From Chrysemys picta bellii (Eukaryota), in assembly GCF_011386835.1 (NCBI RefSeq), contig NC_088806.1, forward strand, positions 30,814,001 through 30,878,000: a stretch of 64,000 nucleotides of DNA. Direction: 5' to 3'. The notes beneath the pieces are model-generated. The model worked only from the letters and a program-made list of their open reading frames with translations. It was not told the DNA's origin and ran no database searches. Shown here piece by piece: positions 1 to 47,422 of this stretch. Position 1 is the stretch's first letter, and every line of letters starts with the position of its first letter. A program made the translations under genes and the position numbers.

Positions 1-184
1 GCCCCCTGCCAGACTCTGTCCCCACACCAAGCTCTCTCTGCCCAGTTCTTTCCTTTGCTCTCCTCAGCTTATGTCCGTCCCATGCTGCCCCCTTGGCCCG
101 GCTCCCTGAACCCTGGCCCTAGCCTCCCGCGTCACCTCATTCCTGCTTCCGACTTGGTTCCTAGTCCCTTTCCTGTGCCCCGAA

Positions 185-530
185 ACTGCCCCTGCACCCC
201 CCTGCTCTGCCCCCAGCTGCCCCTGCACCCCACTACTCTGCCCTCCAGCTGCCCCTGCACCCCACTGCTCTGCCCCTGCACCCCACTGCTCTGCCCTCCA
301 GCTGCCCCTGCACCCCACTGCTCTGCCCCCCAGCTGCCCCTGCACCCCACTACTCTGCCCTCCAGCTGTCCCTGCACCCCACTGCTCTGCCCCTGCACCC
401 CACTGCTCTGCCCTCCAGCTGCCCCTGCACCCCACTGCTCTGCCCCCCAGCTGCCCCTGCACCCCACTACTCTGCCCTCCAGCTGTCCCTGCACTCCACT
501 GCTCTGCCCCCCAGCTGCCCCTGTAGCGCA
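185..530. repeat. C-rich minisatellite (ctgcccctgcaccccactgctctgcccc-type subunits) with a 117-bp higher-order period
   Basis: The motif cagctgcccctgcaccccactactctg recurs at 214, 331 and 448; the ORF track shows the matching 39-aa periodicity. Confidence 0.9.
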
Positions 531-607
531 CCACACACACACACACCAGCTGCCCCCCAGCTCCCCGGTGCCCCCTGCTCTGCCCCCCAGCTCCCCGCAG
601 CCCTCAC

Positions 608-730
608 CGTGCAGGGAGCCTCATAGATCGGGGCGGCCCGGGGCCCTCTCGCTCCCTCCCGGCTCCGGCGGCTCCTCGCCCGGTGGAGCCCGCACCGGCC
701 CCAGGATACAGTGTAGCCGATGACAGGTGC
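608..730 (-). other. Candidate non-coding first exon of the upstream minus-strand gene (PCSK7 by synteny)
   Basis: Minus-strand donor ACG|GTGAGG at 608/607 at the edge of the CpG island. No PCSK7 coding sequence is in the window; the 5' boundary is a guess. Confidence 0.3.
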
Positions 731-1501
731 GTCACGTCCGCCCGTCCCAGGATCCCGCCCCTAGCTCCGCAGCGGGAGGCGCGGGGTGCTCGGCCGGCCG
801 CCCCACGCCGCAGGGCCGGGAGGGGGCCAGGGGGGTCCCGCTCCCCTGCAGCGCGCCCGGGCGCCCCGGCTCTAGGGCCCACGTGGTCAGCGTTCGGGGC
901 CCCGTATCGCCCACGGGCTTCGTTCTCGGGCAGCTGTGCGGGGCTCAGGCTGGCGGCTCTCTGGGGTCTGCGGCCACCGCACGGTCGGGGGGCCCAGCTC
1001 TGGGGAGCCTGGGGGCACGCCTGGGGCGCCCCGGTCCCCTTGCTCGCCCTCCACCCAGGCGCTCGCCACCCAGGGGTGGCGGTTTTGTCCGGCTGTATTC
1101 CTGGAGGTTGCATCACCTGACATCAGCTCTAATTAAAGTTTCATCTTGAATTCCTGGAGACTCCAGGGCAATCCCAGGGGGTTGCCCCCCTCCCTCCATC
1201 CCTGCACCCAGGTCACGGCCACTCCCAGCGCCTCCCTGGGGCACTGGCCGCTCTCCCCACAGGCCTGGCCCTAGAGCCGCCAGCCCACGGCGAGGGGGGA
1301 CACCCAAGGCCCACAGGTCACCGCGGGGGAAGGGTCACTCTGGGGATGGGGTTGGGGTTGTCCCAGTGTCTTTGGACAAGACCTAATTCCCTGGTCAGAC
1401 TTGAGCTGCCACTGCCCTGTGCCACCTTCCCGGGATCAGCTCCGGGTGTGCCCGCCTGAGCTCGCTGGAAATCCCATGCTTGCAACGGCGGGTCTTCTAT
1501 C

Positions 1502-1696
1502 GGTTCCCGCCCCGGGGCGAGCTCGCTAGGCTGCCTGTAGGGTTCCCGCCCCGGGGCGAGCTCGCTAGGCTGCCTGTAGGGTTCCCGCCCCGGGGCGAGC
1601 TCGCTAGGCTGCCTGTAGGGTTCCCGCCCCGGGGCGAGCTCGCTAGGCTGCCTGTAGGGTTCCCGCCCCGGGGCGAGCTCGCTAGGGTGCCTGTAG
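1502..1696. repeat. 39-bp tandem repeat x5 (ggttcccgccccggggcgagctcgctaggctgcctgtag)
   Basis: Units start at 1502, 1541, 1580, 1619 and 1658; only the last differs, by one base. Confidence 0.97.
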
Positions 1697-1789
1697 GGTC
1701 GCTGTCAATAGCGCCCTGTGACAGGTCCCGGGCCTGCCGGAGCCGGACCCCCGGCCGCAGGGGGCGCTCTCGGGAGCGGAGCCAGCTCC

Positions 1790-1898
1790 GGCCGGCGGTG
1801 GCGCCGCCTCTTTGTCCCGCTCGCTCCGCCGGCTCCTCGGCGAGCGGCCCAGGAAGTGTCCGGCGAGGGCGCGCTGCTAGGCCTGGCTCCGGCCGCAG
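1790..1898 (+). other. RNF214: Candidate RNF214 non-coding exon 1
   Basis: CAG|GTGGGT donor at 1898/1899 in the CpG island; the next acceptor (ttaactgcag, 3440) lies 10 nt before the ATG. The start is approximate. Confidence 0.55.
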
Positions 1899-3450
1899 GT
1901 GGGTGCGCGGCCCCGGCCCGGCCTCCGTCCCCCCCTCCCCTCCCCCCCGCCCCGCTGTGGGGTCTCCCTCCCTTCTCCCCCCCGCCCCTCCTCCGCTTCC
2001 TCCTCCCCTCCCCGCCGCAGTGGGGGGTTCCCTCCCCTTCCCCCCGCCCCGGGGGAGCTCCCTCTCCGCCCCTCCGTGGGGGCTCCGCCCCCTTCCCTTC
2101 CCCTCCAGCCCCTTCCCTCCGGCGCTCCCCTCCCCCTTCTCCCCGCCCCGCGGGGCTCCCTTCCGGGCCCTCGCTCCTCCCACTCCCCCCCGTCGTGGGG
2201 GCTTCCCCCCCCCCCCGGCCTCCAATGGGGGGTGTCTGAGCAGGCTCCCCATCTTCTGCCCCAAGAGCCCCCTTCTCCCCCGCCCCCGACAGTGGCTGCT
2301 CCCGCCTGCCCCCCCTCCACCTCTGGGGCCCCCCCGGCCCCATCCAAGGAGCGGCTGCTCTGCACCATTCCCTGGGGGGCTGCCTGCCCCTTCTCCATGG
2401 TAGCTACGCGGGCCCAGCCATGCCCCAGCTCCCCGGGTTCCAGCCGGGGGGAGCCTGGTTCTGGTTTGGGTTTCGATGGCCCGGATCTCAGGGGCAGTGG
2501 CAGCTTCCAGCCTTGTCGAAATGGGTGGCGGGAGGGGTCGGTCAAGGTGCCTTAACTCATCTCTGCCTAATCACACCTTTTGTTCCGGATGTGGATGCAT
2601 TGCAACACCTTTTACCTCTCTTGACCAGCCTCGGGTGGTACTCAACCTGCCCCGCTGAGGTAAAAGGCTTTGCTGTGCATCTACACCAAGAAGGAGGTTG
2701 TGGTTAGTTAATGCTCCCTGACCCATTTTTCTAGTGTAGACAAGCTCTTAAAGGTGTGGAACTCTGTGTCTGAATTCCATGGATTCCTCCCCATACAAAT
2801 ATATAAACTTGCTTGTCAAATATCCACTGAAGAATTTCAGCTGTGATTGAGTCACATTGGACAGTCCTGTATTGTGTATATTGCATGTTCGCAAGGGTGC
2901 CATGGATCAACCCCATGGGTCTGAATATTTGGTGAAAAGGATACTGGCATCCTGCTTCATCAGCAGTTGCTTGTTTCCTCTTTCATACTTTGTGTGTGCT
3001 TGTCACTGACACCCTATTGATCTCTTTAGAAGATGATACAGTTGTAATTTTAGTGATTTTATCTTTACTCATCTGTTAACTAATGTCTGGTAATAATGAC
3101 CCGCAATGTCTGAAGATGCCGTATATAGATGTATTCACTTTAATGGATCCCAGGGATTCTGTTTTAAACAGGTTTGCCTTTGTTGTAATGTCCTATACTT
3201 TTAAAGTTATAAATAAATAGGAAATAGGAAATAAATCTCTTTAATGCTTCATGTTTGCATCTGTAAAATGGTGATAGCGATACGTTCTTTTTCCGACCCT
3301 TTGTCTTGTCTGTAGACTGTAAACTCTTTGCAGTGGGGATTCTTATGACGTGTTTGTGAAGCCCTTAGCACAAGGGGGCCCTCATATTGGCAGGGACCTC
3401 CATGTGCTTCTGTAATACTAATGATAATTTTTAACTGCAGTGAAAGGACT

Positions 3451-18801
<15,351 letters not shown>

Positions 18802-18965
18802 CAGCCACTCAAACAACGCATCTGTGTTGGAGACGTCGCTGTGAATAGGCAGGATCGGTTCTGAGATTTCTACAGTTCTATATTTATACAACCATGTATA
18901 CACATGTACATTTTTATTATATAGGTAATGTGTGTATAGAAAGTCTGTATACATACGAATTCATA

Positions 18966-18971
18966 AATAAA
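18966..18971 (+). terminator. Candidate RNF214 polyadenylation signal AATAAA
   Basis: First AATAAA after the stop, in an AU-rich 3' UTR-like stretch. Confidence 0.6.
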
Positions 18972-20747
18972 AGTATGTATATTATGCATAGATTTGATAT
19001 CGTTCCTCCTTTTCAGGTCATGTTTTATAGCCTAGCTGTCTTCATTGCTTTTGTGTCTGTCTGTCACAAGATGCTAGGCGGGCCGAGCCGCTCTGCAGTT
19101 GTTGGAACCTGGAAGGAGCAGTGGGAAATGCGGTTCTTTGGTACCACATTGGGCTGTCTGGGCCCATACCTTGCAGTGGAAGAGCTCTGCAAGCCAAGGC
19201 TCTTGAGATGAACAGCCCAATATTCAGTGCTGGCCTCTTGGGGGAAGGGGAAGCTTAGTCTAGTCATTGGAGTGCAGGGCTAGCACGTGGGCGACCTGGG
19301 CGCTCTACGCTGCCCTGCTGGGTGGTTTGGGACACGTTACTTCTCTGCCTGTTTCTCCACAGGGATCACACTGCCCTATGCACAGGGAGAGACTCTGTTC
19401 CTCGCGTGCTTAGCTCCTTGGATGAAAGCACTATCCTGATAGGGGCTGGGCCCCGTGAGCTCCAGACGTGATCCCATTTCTCTCCCACACCTGTCTAGGC
19501 CACAGCACTTCCTGCTCCAGTGGGAGAAGGCCTGGGCAGCTCACGAAATGGGTTTCCTACAGTCGTGTCACTCCGTAGTACCTCCTCCCTTAGGTTAAAA
19601 CAGGTAAACTATCTGTAGCCCAAGGGACCACGGCCGAACAGAGGGTGAACGTTGCACACGGCGTCAAAGGGTGAATGCAGTCTGGGTGGGGGGACACGGA
19701 CACAGCAGCATCCTACACAAACAGTCGCAGCCCAGCACGTGGAACTGGCCTCACTTAGTATGCTGTAGAATGGTGCTGAAGCTACCATTAAATTGGCAAT
19801 TCTCAAGCCTCCCGTGAAGTGGACAGCAGCAATGCAAGCTTCCCTCCTCCATCCTGCCAGTATCTCAACCCTGCCTTTATGGTTTGTTCAGTCTTTGGCC
19901 ACCGCTGAGCCCCCCACCGCTGGTCTGTTTGTACTGTAGACACCTTTCCCTGTGCTGAAACAGGTGTGTCTCTCGCAGGAGCCCCAGCCTGACTCACAGG
20001 TATTGCTGGCCTGGGCCGGATTTGAGATGAGGAGCCAGGCTTCCTATCTCGCTAGAGGAGCTGTTTGCAAAGCACGTCCTGCCAATATTCAAACCTTGGA
20101 ACAAACCCACCCTAGCTGAGTCGCTCGTCTTTGCTTTCTGCAGTTATGCTACTCGGGGGATTGCTGGCAACAGCAACTTCAAATATTAGTCCCAAAATCT
20201 GAGTTAATGATCATCCAGGTGTGCATGGAAATGAACTACATTATTCTGCCTAATGCTGCTGCACTGTTAAATACCTGGCCTGAGCAGCAGCCCAGGGGTT
20301 GTTGGAGAAATTAAGCAAATAATTTCAACCTCCCACTACATCTGAGAAAAGCATGAGCTGTTAGTGGCATTTGTGTTGCAGTGTAATGGGTCAGAGGTTC
20401 TCCCTCGCCCTACCCCATTCCTGGCCCGTGAGCCATCCCCACCTGTTGAGAACGTACAAAGAGGGAAATGCTGAACTGATAACTAGAACTCCGCACCCTT
20501 GTTACCCAATGCGCTTGCTTCCACCATGACCGTTGTGTCTTCCCAGGGTACCCGGGACATCTGGGCTCACTAACAACTTCAGTGCATCTCACGGAGTTCT
20601 CCACTCAAGTCAGGCACTTCTCTTACCTGCCCTAACCCTAAAGAGCCCTCAGCAGCTCAAAGCCTTCCACAACCTTCCCCCCTGTCCTTCCTTGCACTCG
20701 GAGTTGCCCCCAGACAATGAACAGGCGGTGAACACAAGGCTTTTCTG

Positions 20748-20753
20748 TTTAAT
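20748..20753 (-). terminator. Candidate BACE1 polyadenylation signal ATTAAA
   Basis: Minus-strand ATTAAA at the end of an AU-rich stretch, followed by a GU-rich segment; implies a 3' UTR of about 5.4 kb. Confidence 0.35.
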
Positions 20754-23700
20754 GTAATAATTTACTGTGTAACATTCATTATTCTTACATCGACATTAGG
20801 GTTACAGAGTATGGGCGTCTATAGTAGCCGCTAAGAGTAACTATCCCCACTCCTCGTCCCGCTCCCCAAATGGTGGGGCAGAGAGCGGGACGCACGGTGT
20901 GGTCGTCGCAGGCGCTGTTACTCTAACCCAGGGCCCATGGGACGGGAGTTCTTCAGGAGATAACGCTGGCTGCGCTGCAGCTCAGAATAACAAAGCTTTC
21001 TAGACCCAATTTGCCCCCTCTGAGCTCTTCTTCCTCCATCGGGCTGGTGTAACCAGTGATCTCTACTGATTTCAATGGGAGTTAATGGTGCCCAGCACCT
21101 CTCAGGATCTGGCCCCTGCTTTGTAGATTCTGCACAGTCCCTGCGACAAATTCAGCACTGGTGTAAGCAGCTGCAACTCCACCGAAGTCAATGGAAGTGT
21201 CACTCGCATGCAGCACGGCTGCGTTTGGCCCCCGTCAGTGAATTTCTGCACCCACACGGTCGTTTGAAAGGAGTGGTCCAAGCGGAGTGGGGTCCCGGAG
21301 GTGTTCTGGGCAGGCACTGGGGCGTGGAGGTTTCAGTTGCATAACTTCCCCCTGGGCTGGAGTCAGGCTGCTGCCTGAGTGCAGGACCAGAGCAAGTTCT
21401 GGGAACCAGATGGCACTGGTAAAAGCAAAGCCTCTGTCTCTAGTGAAGTGGGGAGACACTGGGCTGGGGAACATCTGCTACTGAACCAACTTCTGCTGCT
21501 GAGAGGACACGCGTTGGAGCCACACAGAGCTCTTCTGCAGGGCTGACCTGTCTGTAAGCTCGAAAGTGTGTCTGTCTCACCCACAGATGTTGGTGCAATA
21601 AAAGACATTACCTCACCCCCCTGTGTCTCTCTAATCCCTGGGACCAACACTGCAAACAACAGTGAAGTAGGTTGATGGTGGGGGTGGGGTGCTGCAGCTG
21701 GGCCCACAGTCAGAGTTCACTTGGCCCAGCCAGTTTGTAAGGTTTCTGGCTATGCAGTGCAGGCTTCTTAGCGAGTGATTCACTGCAGGGACTCCTTGCT
21801 GCTTTCTTTGCGGGATATTTAAGTAGAAGGGCCACCGGACTGTCCCTGCCCGTTGCTTGTCACTCTTTATGCTGTTAATTCTCTCACGCTGGCCCGGCCA
21901 GCCTGTGCTGCTGGGGAACGTTACCCAACAAGGTGATTCTTGTACCTGCCTATGTTTGCTTTTCTCCTCCACCAAGGCTCAAAGGTTGGGCCTACACTCC
22001 TTGCTCCTGCCCCTTGGAATTCCCCAGAGCTCTGTTTAGCCTTCCCTCGGGGGTCATGGCAGCAGCTCCTCTCCAATCAGCCCAGGAAAAGTAAAGTGGG
22101 GTCAGAGATTTGCTGTTGTCTGAGCCACTGACATATTGGAATCAGCTGGGGCTAGAGCTCAGGGTCAGTTACTTGTCTTCAGGGCAGAGGAGAGCCCTGC
22201 AGTCTGCCCTCCATCTTGCGCTGTCTTGCTGCCCTTGGAACTGTTCTTGCACCGTGCACGGGAAGTTTCCAGTAACACTGCTCCCACCAGCACAGCCTCT
22301 CTGGATCCCAGCTAGCAGGTGAGACGTCTCCACTGAAGAGAGGTTTTTTTCTCTACCCTCTTTAGGAGTCATGGTTCCTTCACAGTTGCAGCTGCCCCTG
22401 CACTTCCCTCGGACAATGAAGCTAGTGCAGAAGGGCAGGGTGTGGTGCTACTATTCGTGTGTGAGGTACAGCTGGGATCTGAACCCCCGCCTCCCAAGCC
22501 CCTCTGCAAAGTGACACGTTCTGCATTGCTCCCAAATGGCCCAGCTTTATCTTGTTGGGCCATTTAGTGGCACATTAAACCCCAGGTCCCCTGTAGGAAC
22601 TGCATCAACAAAGCTCTGTAACAAGCACTTCCCAGGCTGGGCAAATGTTCCTACAAACAGCTAGTTTCCTCGGTTGTCTCCTTCACTGGGCTAAAAGCTC
22701 AGGTGTTTGCGGTTGGCTGAGTGCCTTCCCCTGCCCAGGCTGCTCTGTACTTTTCAATCTCGCCATGAAGGCCTACCCATCAACCTTGTGCTGTGGCTAG
22801 GAACAGCAGTGTTACCAGTTCCCCAGGAGGAGTCGCCTGCAGGATTAAGTAGGAAGAAAAACCCACGTTGAGAAGGAACAAAGTTGCTTTTTAAAGCAAC
22901 AATTAGTACCAGAACTGAAGCACAATGTGCAGGGCCTTGATCACTGGGATTCGGGGGGGGGGGGGGTCTTCTGTAGTAGGAAAACCTCCCTGAACAGAAA
23001 GGGGGACCAGAAGCAAAACCAGCCTTGAGCGATACATTTTTTTGGGTTGCGAACCGCTGCTGTGTCCATGATCTAATTTCACCCCCACAACCCAGTGCCC
23101 CCATCCCCTTCACCAGATATATTAACCAGCAATACATCCATCACCACAAATGCCAGATCAACCAACGATCCATAAAGTACTTCCATCAGACAAACCACTG
23201 CTAAGCACCCCTGACTTGCAGCCTGGCTCCTTTGCCCACAACCAAAGCAGGGTGCTTAAAAACCCACAAACCCCCTCAGGCTGGGTTTGCAATGAACCAG
23301 GGGCTTTCAGCACTAGCATTAAAAATATAAAAATATGTATATATTGTACAGGCAAAGAAGCATTCAGTATTGGTACACTCACACACAGCACAGCCCTGCT
23401 ACGTACACCACGCTGCCCTCTGCTCGAGCACAACATCCCCGGCCCCTTTGCCATTATAAACAAGGAACATTAAGTACAACCATGTGTTTCAAACACACTA
23501 ATGATGATGATGAGGTGGCTGCTGCCCACCCCCCAAAATAACAAGCTATTTAGTGTGGTGGGCTGGGGCACTGCCTTCCCCCACTGCAGCCAGAGGCAGA
23601 TATTCCAGGAGGAGCTAATCACCTTGGATGGTTAAGTCCAGCACAGGGAAGGGGTTTTCCCCTCCGGACCAGATGCAGTATGAGGCGATCCTGTCTTGTG

Positions 23701-25329
23701 CAGCACACCTTCCATGCAGGGGCTCCTGGAGGAGGCAACCCGCAGAGGCAGCTCTGGCTTCCCTGGGGCTTTCCCAAGCAGGCCGGGTAACAGTCTGGTT
23801 TCGTGGCTTACACACCTTCCTTGGCTGCTGGTCCTGTCCCAGGGCTGGGTGCCATCCCGCCGCAGCAGAGGCTGCTGGTTCTCCCCCTGGTGCTGCAGAG
23901 CGAGGCCCGTTGAAAGCTGCTGTGTGCAGCGCTTGGCAGGAGAGTTGGGAGCCAGAGCAGGTTAGGCTCTTTCCCATGATTTGCAGCCCAGGCAGAGACA
24001 AGGGGAATGGATGGTTTGCCCTGCCCCCACTTTTCCCCAATTCACTTCCCAGGGCCAAAGAGATTGAAAAGTGGAGGAACATTGTACCCCTCCCCCATTC
24101 CTTCCCTGACCCCAGCAGGGGCTGCCAGAGCTGCCCCCCTTAGCGGCACTTCTCTTGGGGAGCGCAGGGAAGTAGCCGTTCCCTAGGAGCTGCAGGACGG
24201 GCTGGTGACTTATCCCTAGGTCAACTGGTCTAAGCTGCAACCCCTGGAGCAGAAAACCCCCTTGTAGCCTGAGGCGCCCAGACATCACTCCACCAGCCTG
24301 CAGCGAGCGACCCGTCTCCAGCCCAGGCATGGACAGCTCCCCTGGAGAGAATGCTCCTCGGCCCACCTAGGCAGACCCCGGCACTCATACCTGGGACGGC
24401 TGTCCTGCTCCCGTACGACACCATGGGATTGTGGTGGCCGCACACAGTGCTTAATCTGTGCCGGACTTGCCGGGGGCTCGGCAGTTCAGAGCCCCGGCAC
24501 CTCTGGGTTTGTCGTGTCAGTTCTGAAGGTTAAAAAAATTGCTTGAGCCTCGGCACCTCTTTCATTACCAATTAAGTACTGGCTGCACACGACAGCCTTC
24601 AACCCCCCTGTGAGGAGGGGGCTGGCCCGAGGGGGGCCCCCAGAGCCGGGTCAGTGAGGAGCAGAAGAGATGCAGGAGCCAGTTGGGGGAAGATCCGTTC
24701 TCTCTGCTCCCACTTCACCACAGCCAAGGGCCCTTGAGATGCAAGCGGGTCGAGTCCAGCTCATGCAGGCAGCCCACGGGGATGGGATGAGGGCGGGTGG
24801 GGTGGGGAGAAGGGGGCTGCAGCAAACAGGACAGCGACATGCGCGCACACAGCACTGGATGGCATGGACCCTCCTGAATGCCATTGTGTGTCTGTCGCAG
24901 CGATGCCTGGCAGGGGAAAGGGGAGCTGGGTGGTTAGGCTGACTCGCTGCTAGAGGCCAGGCTCACCGCAGGCTCCTGCGCTCTAGCTGAGAGGCCCAGT
25001 CCCTCCCGATGCCGGAGTGAAGGTGCTATTGGGTAGGTCCTTTCCAGTTCAGAGGTCTGAAAGGGGCACCTCCCAGGAGAGGAGGCCCCAAAGCTTGACC
25101 CGCCGGCATTGTACATTAGTGGCTGCCTGGGGAGGAATATCCCCTGGATTCTAAATGGCTATTTTAGAATCTACCACTGTTCACAATGTTTGAAAACCCA
25201 AACTATTGAAAATGTAATGACCATGGTTTATGTAGGCCCTACACAAAAACAATGTTTTGGGCTCCCTCTGCAGCAGCAGCGGCTAACAAGCAATGCTCAG
25301 GACCTGGGCTGATTCCTCCACGGACCTCT

Positions 25330-25690
25330 GGGGATGTGTCTACACTTGGTTGTAAACTCGGGTCTGGGGACCTGGGCTGTGCACTTGGTGTTTCCACACT
25401 GCGCTGTAAACCTGGGTTGACAGCTGCTGCACCCGCCTCTCCCAGCCGTGCTCCCGGGTCCTTGCCGCACGACACAGACCGTCTGGCTCGGGCCTGAGGC
25501 TCTGAGCCGTGTCCACACCGCAATGTAACGGGGCTTGGACCCGAGCCTCCGTAGGACGCGGACCCACCCCAGCAGGGTCCTGAGTGCTGGCTGACCTGAG
25601 TCAGACGGGGTTTGTGTGTGGACGGAAGTGGGACTTGGGCTCAAACGTGAGTCAGAGCCCGGGCTTAGAGTGTGGCATAGGCGTACCCTG
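25330..25690. mobile_element. MITE-like element (gtgtctacact-type end) in the inferred BACE1 3' UTR
   Basis: gggatgtgtctacactt left end; internal gtgtccacac and gtgtggac repeats. Confidence 0.5.
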
Positions 25691-26116
25691 GAGCACAAGG
25701 GCTGCGGTTTGGGCGAGGCCGTATCCCGAACAGGAGAGACCAAAGGGGTTTGATTCCCAGGCTCTCCGGGGCTGCTGCACGCAGAGGGGAGTTAAACAGC
25801 GAGCAAGCTTCAATGTACTCCATGGTGACCTTATAAACCTGCCGACAGGCCCAGCGTCCTGGCCTGCTGCTGAGTCTCACCCGTTGCTCCGGCGCCCACT
25901 CCCAGGGCAGAGCCAACGGCTCCAGGCAGTGTTGGCTGAGCCACTGGAGGGGGCAGGGGAAGAACAGACCCGGCTCTGGCCTGGGGCAATGGCTGGTGCT
26001 GTTTCCAGCCCCAGCCAAACTCTGTGGGCAGAGGAGCCTGTGCGGATGAGCTCAGCTCACGCTCTCCCTCCCTGCCTCCCCCGGCCAGCTGCTCCCTCGC
26101 GCCAGCAGAGCGGGTG

Positions 26117-45126
<19,010 letters not shown>

Positions 45127-46325
45127 TTGGGTGAAAGCCCTGCCCAGCTCTCCCCTGAATTTGCTGTTCCTGAAGTGATGGTGCTGTTGCTGTCGTTCTT
45201 CAAGGAAATCCGTCCCTTTGCACAGACAAAAGGTAAAAGTTTTACTCAGATAACTAAATGCTCCTTCCTAGCAAGCCAGCAGTCACCAGTAGCATCTTTG
45301 GGGCAGAGAGAATTCCAGGTTGAAAATCTATCTAGACTGGTAAATCTAAAGTAATAACCATCAAGCATCTAGGAGAGGAGAGAGGAGATTCAGTGCATAT
45401 AAGAGCCTGGAAGCAGCAGTCATGCTGGGATGATTTTTTTTCCTCCTCCTTTTGGTTAGCTGAAGCATGGGAAAATCAGACAGTCTGGTCAATTTCCAGG
45501 CTCTAGAGACAGCATTTGTCAGTCCACCATAATCTCTTCACTCTGCAATCAAGATTTGGAGGCGGAAAGACTTGTGGCTGCCGCTGTCAAAGCCAAAGGT
45601 TTTTTTCCACCAAAGATCTCTGGGAAGTGTAGTTTTCCACTTTTGCTTCCTGTTCAGGTAACGGCTAAGGCCGGTTTTGATGCCCTTTGGTGAAAAGAAA
45701 AGTCTCTCTACTATCTGGACTGGATGGTCACAATTCTGGCTTTGTAGCCTATGAATTCCAAATGAAAGAGAAGAAAAACCTTCAGGAACTCTTTCCCATA
45801 TAGATTTCACTTAACAGGGGCAGCTGAAGAAAGCTGCATAAGAAAATTAAGTTGCTGTTTGCTTGTTTAAAGTGTAAAGTTTATTTGTAACATGAATGTG
45901 TGTGCACCTTCAAGAGGGTTATGAGTATGCATGCTGAGGGATAGAGGAAGGTTCATAAGAGGGATAGAGGAAGGTGTCATAAGAAGCAAGGCTGATTTCA
46001 GGATCTGTAGTTTTTAGAGAGTCATCTGTCTATCTTATAGCAATATTACTAAACCCAACCATTCAAAGAGAGCACAAAACATGACCCAACAAATCATGAG
46101 AGACCTAAAAATTAATTTTTTTTTAAATACATTTGGGGTTCTTTTTATTTACTTTCTGGTTTCTGAGCCTTTGGAGAGTCGCTTTTTCTCTGCAACTACA
46201 AGAGCTAGAATTTTTTTTTAAGTGAAAACTGAGATTCTTGCATAACTCCATGTGCAGGGGCTACAGGGCAGCAAAGTGAAATGCACCAAGTCTAAACATA
46301 TGGGTCCTAATTCAGAAAACATGTA

Positions 46326-46604
46326 GGGCTTCTCTACTCTGGAAAGTTATGTCAGTATAATTATACCAGTATAGTTGTACTTGTACAGACATAACTGCCT
46401 GTGTGGACACTTTCTTCCATAATAAAAGTGGATATTTTCAGTTAATTTTAAACCCCTTTCCAAGCAACATAACCTAACTCGAAAAGGTCCTAAACTATAA
46501 GTGTGCGTGTCTGTGTCTCTATATGTTTACACTGTTATAACTAAAGCAGTTTAAATTCACAATGTAATTTATACGGGTAAAATTTACCTGTGTAGACAAG
46601 TCCG
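46326..46604. mobile_element. Degenerate MITE (gtgtagacaag-type end)
   Basis: agggcttctctact left end, ctgtgtagacaagtcc right end, palindromic tataattata core. Confidence 0.45.
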
Positions 46605-47422
46605 CACTCAAGGACTTAACTATACTTGCACTAGTAGTAGCTTTTATTGATTTCAATCTGGCTACTCAGATACATAAATAACTCATGTAGGATTGGTTCT
46701 CCCCCTCCCCGCCCCCCTTTTTTTAACTTTAAAGCAAAGTTACAAAAAAAGTTAACGTATATTGTACATTACTTCTTACTTATTTGGGATCAGGTTAATA
46801 TTCAAAGAACCTGGCTAAAGATTCTGGCTGGGGAGCCCTCCTCTGCTGAGTATGTTAAAAGGGGTGACCAAATTTCTAAATAAGGCTCTTAATGTTAATG
46901 GGGCTAACGTAAATACCAGGAGTTATCCAAATGGTTCCCTCTGCAGGATCAGGCCCTAAAATTAATTCCATTTTAATAATGTCAGGTAGAGGTTCTTTAA
47001 CGCTCTCTTAGTGTGGATTACAACAGTGGGCTCCAAAGTGGGTGCACGGCAGGAGGCGTGCTTTTTTGGCTTCATCAGTTTGGGTGGGAGTCCGAACGGT
47101 GTGGCAGGGGGTGCGTGCTCAAAAATTTTTTTCTGATAGGGGTGTGCGATCAAAAAAGTTAGGATATAATCCAGTGATCTCCAAACAGAGAGAAGGCCTC
47201 TGAGACATCTCCACTCCCATTAGTCACAGTTACACAAGATCTTGAAATTACATCAATTGCATACATGGAAATGTAACATTAGGAAACATATCTGTATTTT
47301 TAATGGTCTCTTTATGTGATTTAGCTGGAGAAAGTGAGGAGGAGAGCTAGGAGAATATAGCAAGCCTTCTACAGACCACAGTTTGGTGCCTACTCATCTA
47401 AAATTGTACTAACCAAGAAAGG

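Larger units (their letters stand above)
600..2350. promoter_or_regulatory. CpG island / probable bidirectional promoter of RNF214 (+) and an upstream minus-strand gene (PCSK7 by synteny)
   Basis: Very GC- and CpG-rich; GC boxes, CACGTG near 880, ETS-like CAGGAAGT near 1850. PCSK7-RNF214 head-to-head order is recalled from mammals. Confidence 0.8.

Noticed and set aside
55-2555. Many long overlapping Pro/Gly/Arg-rich ORFs
   Set aside because: Explained by tandem repeats and extreme GC content in the CpG island; no recognisable domain or exon structure.
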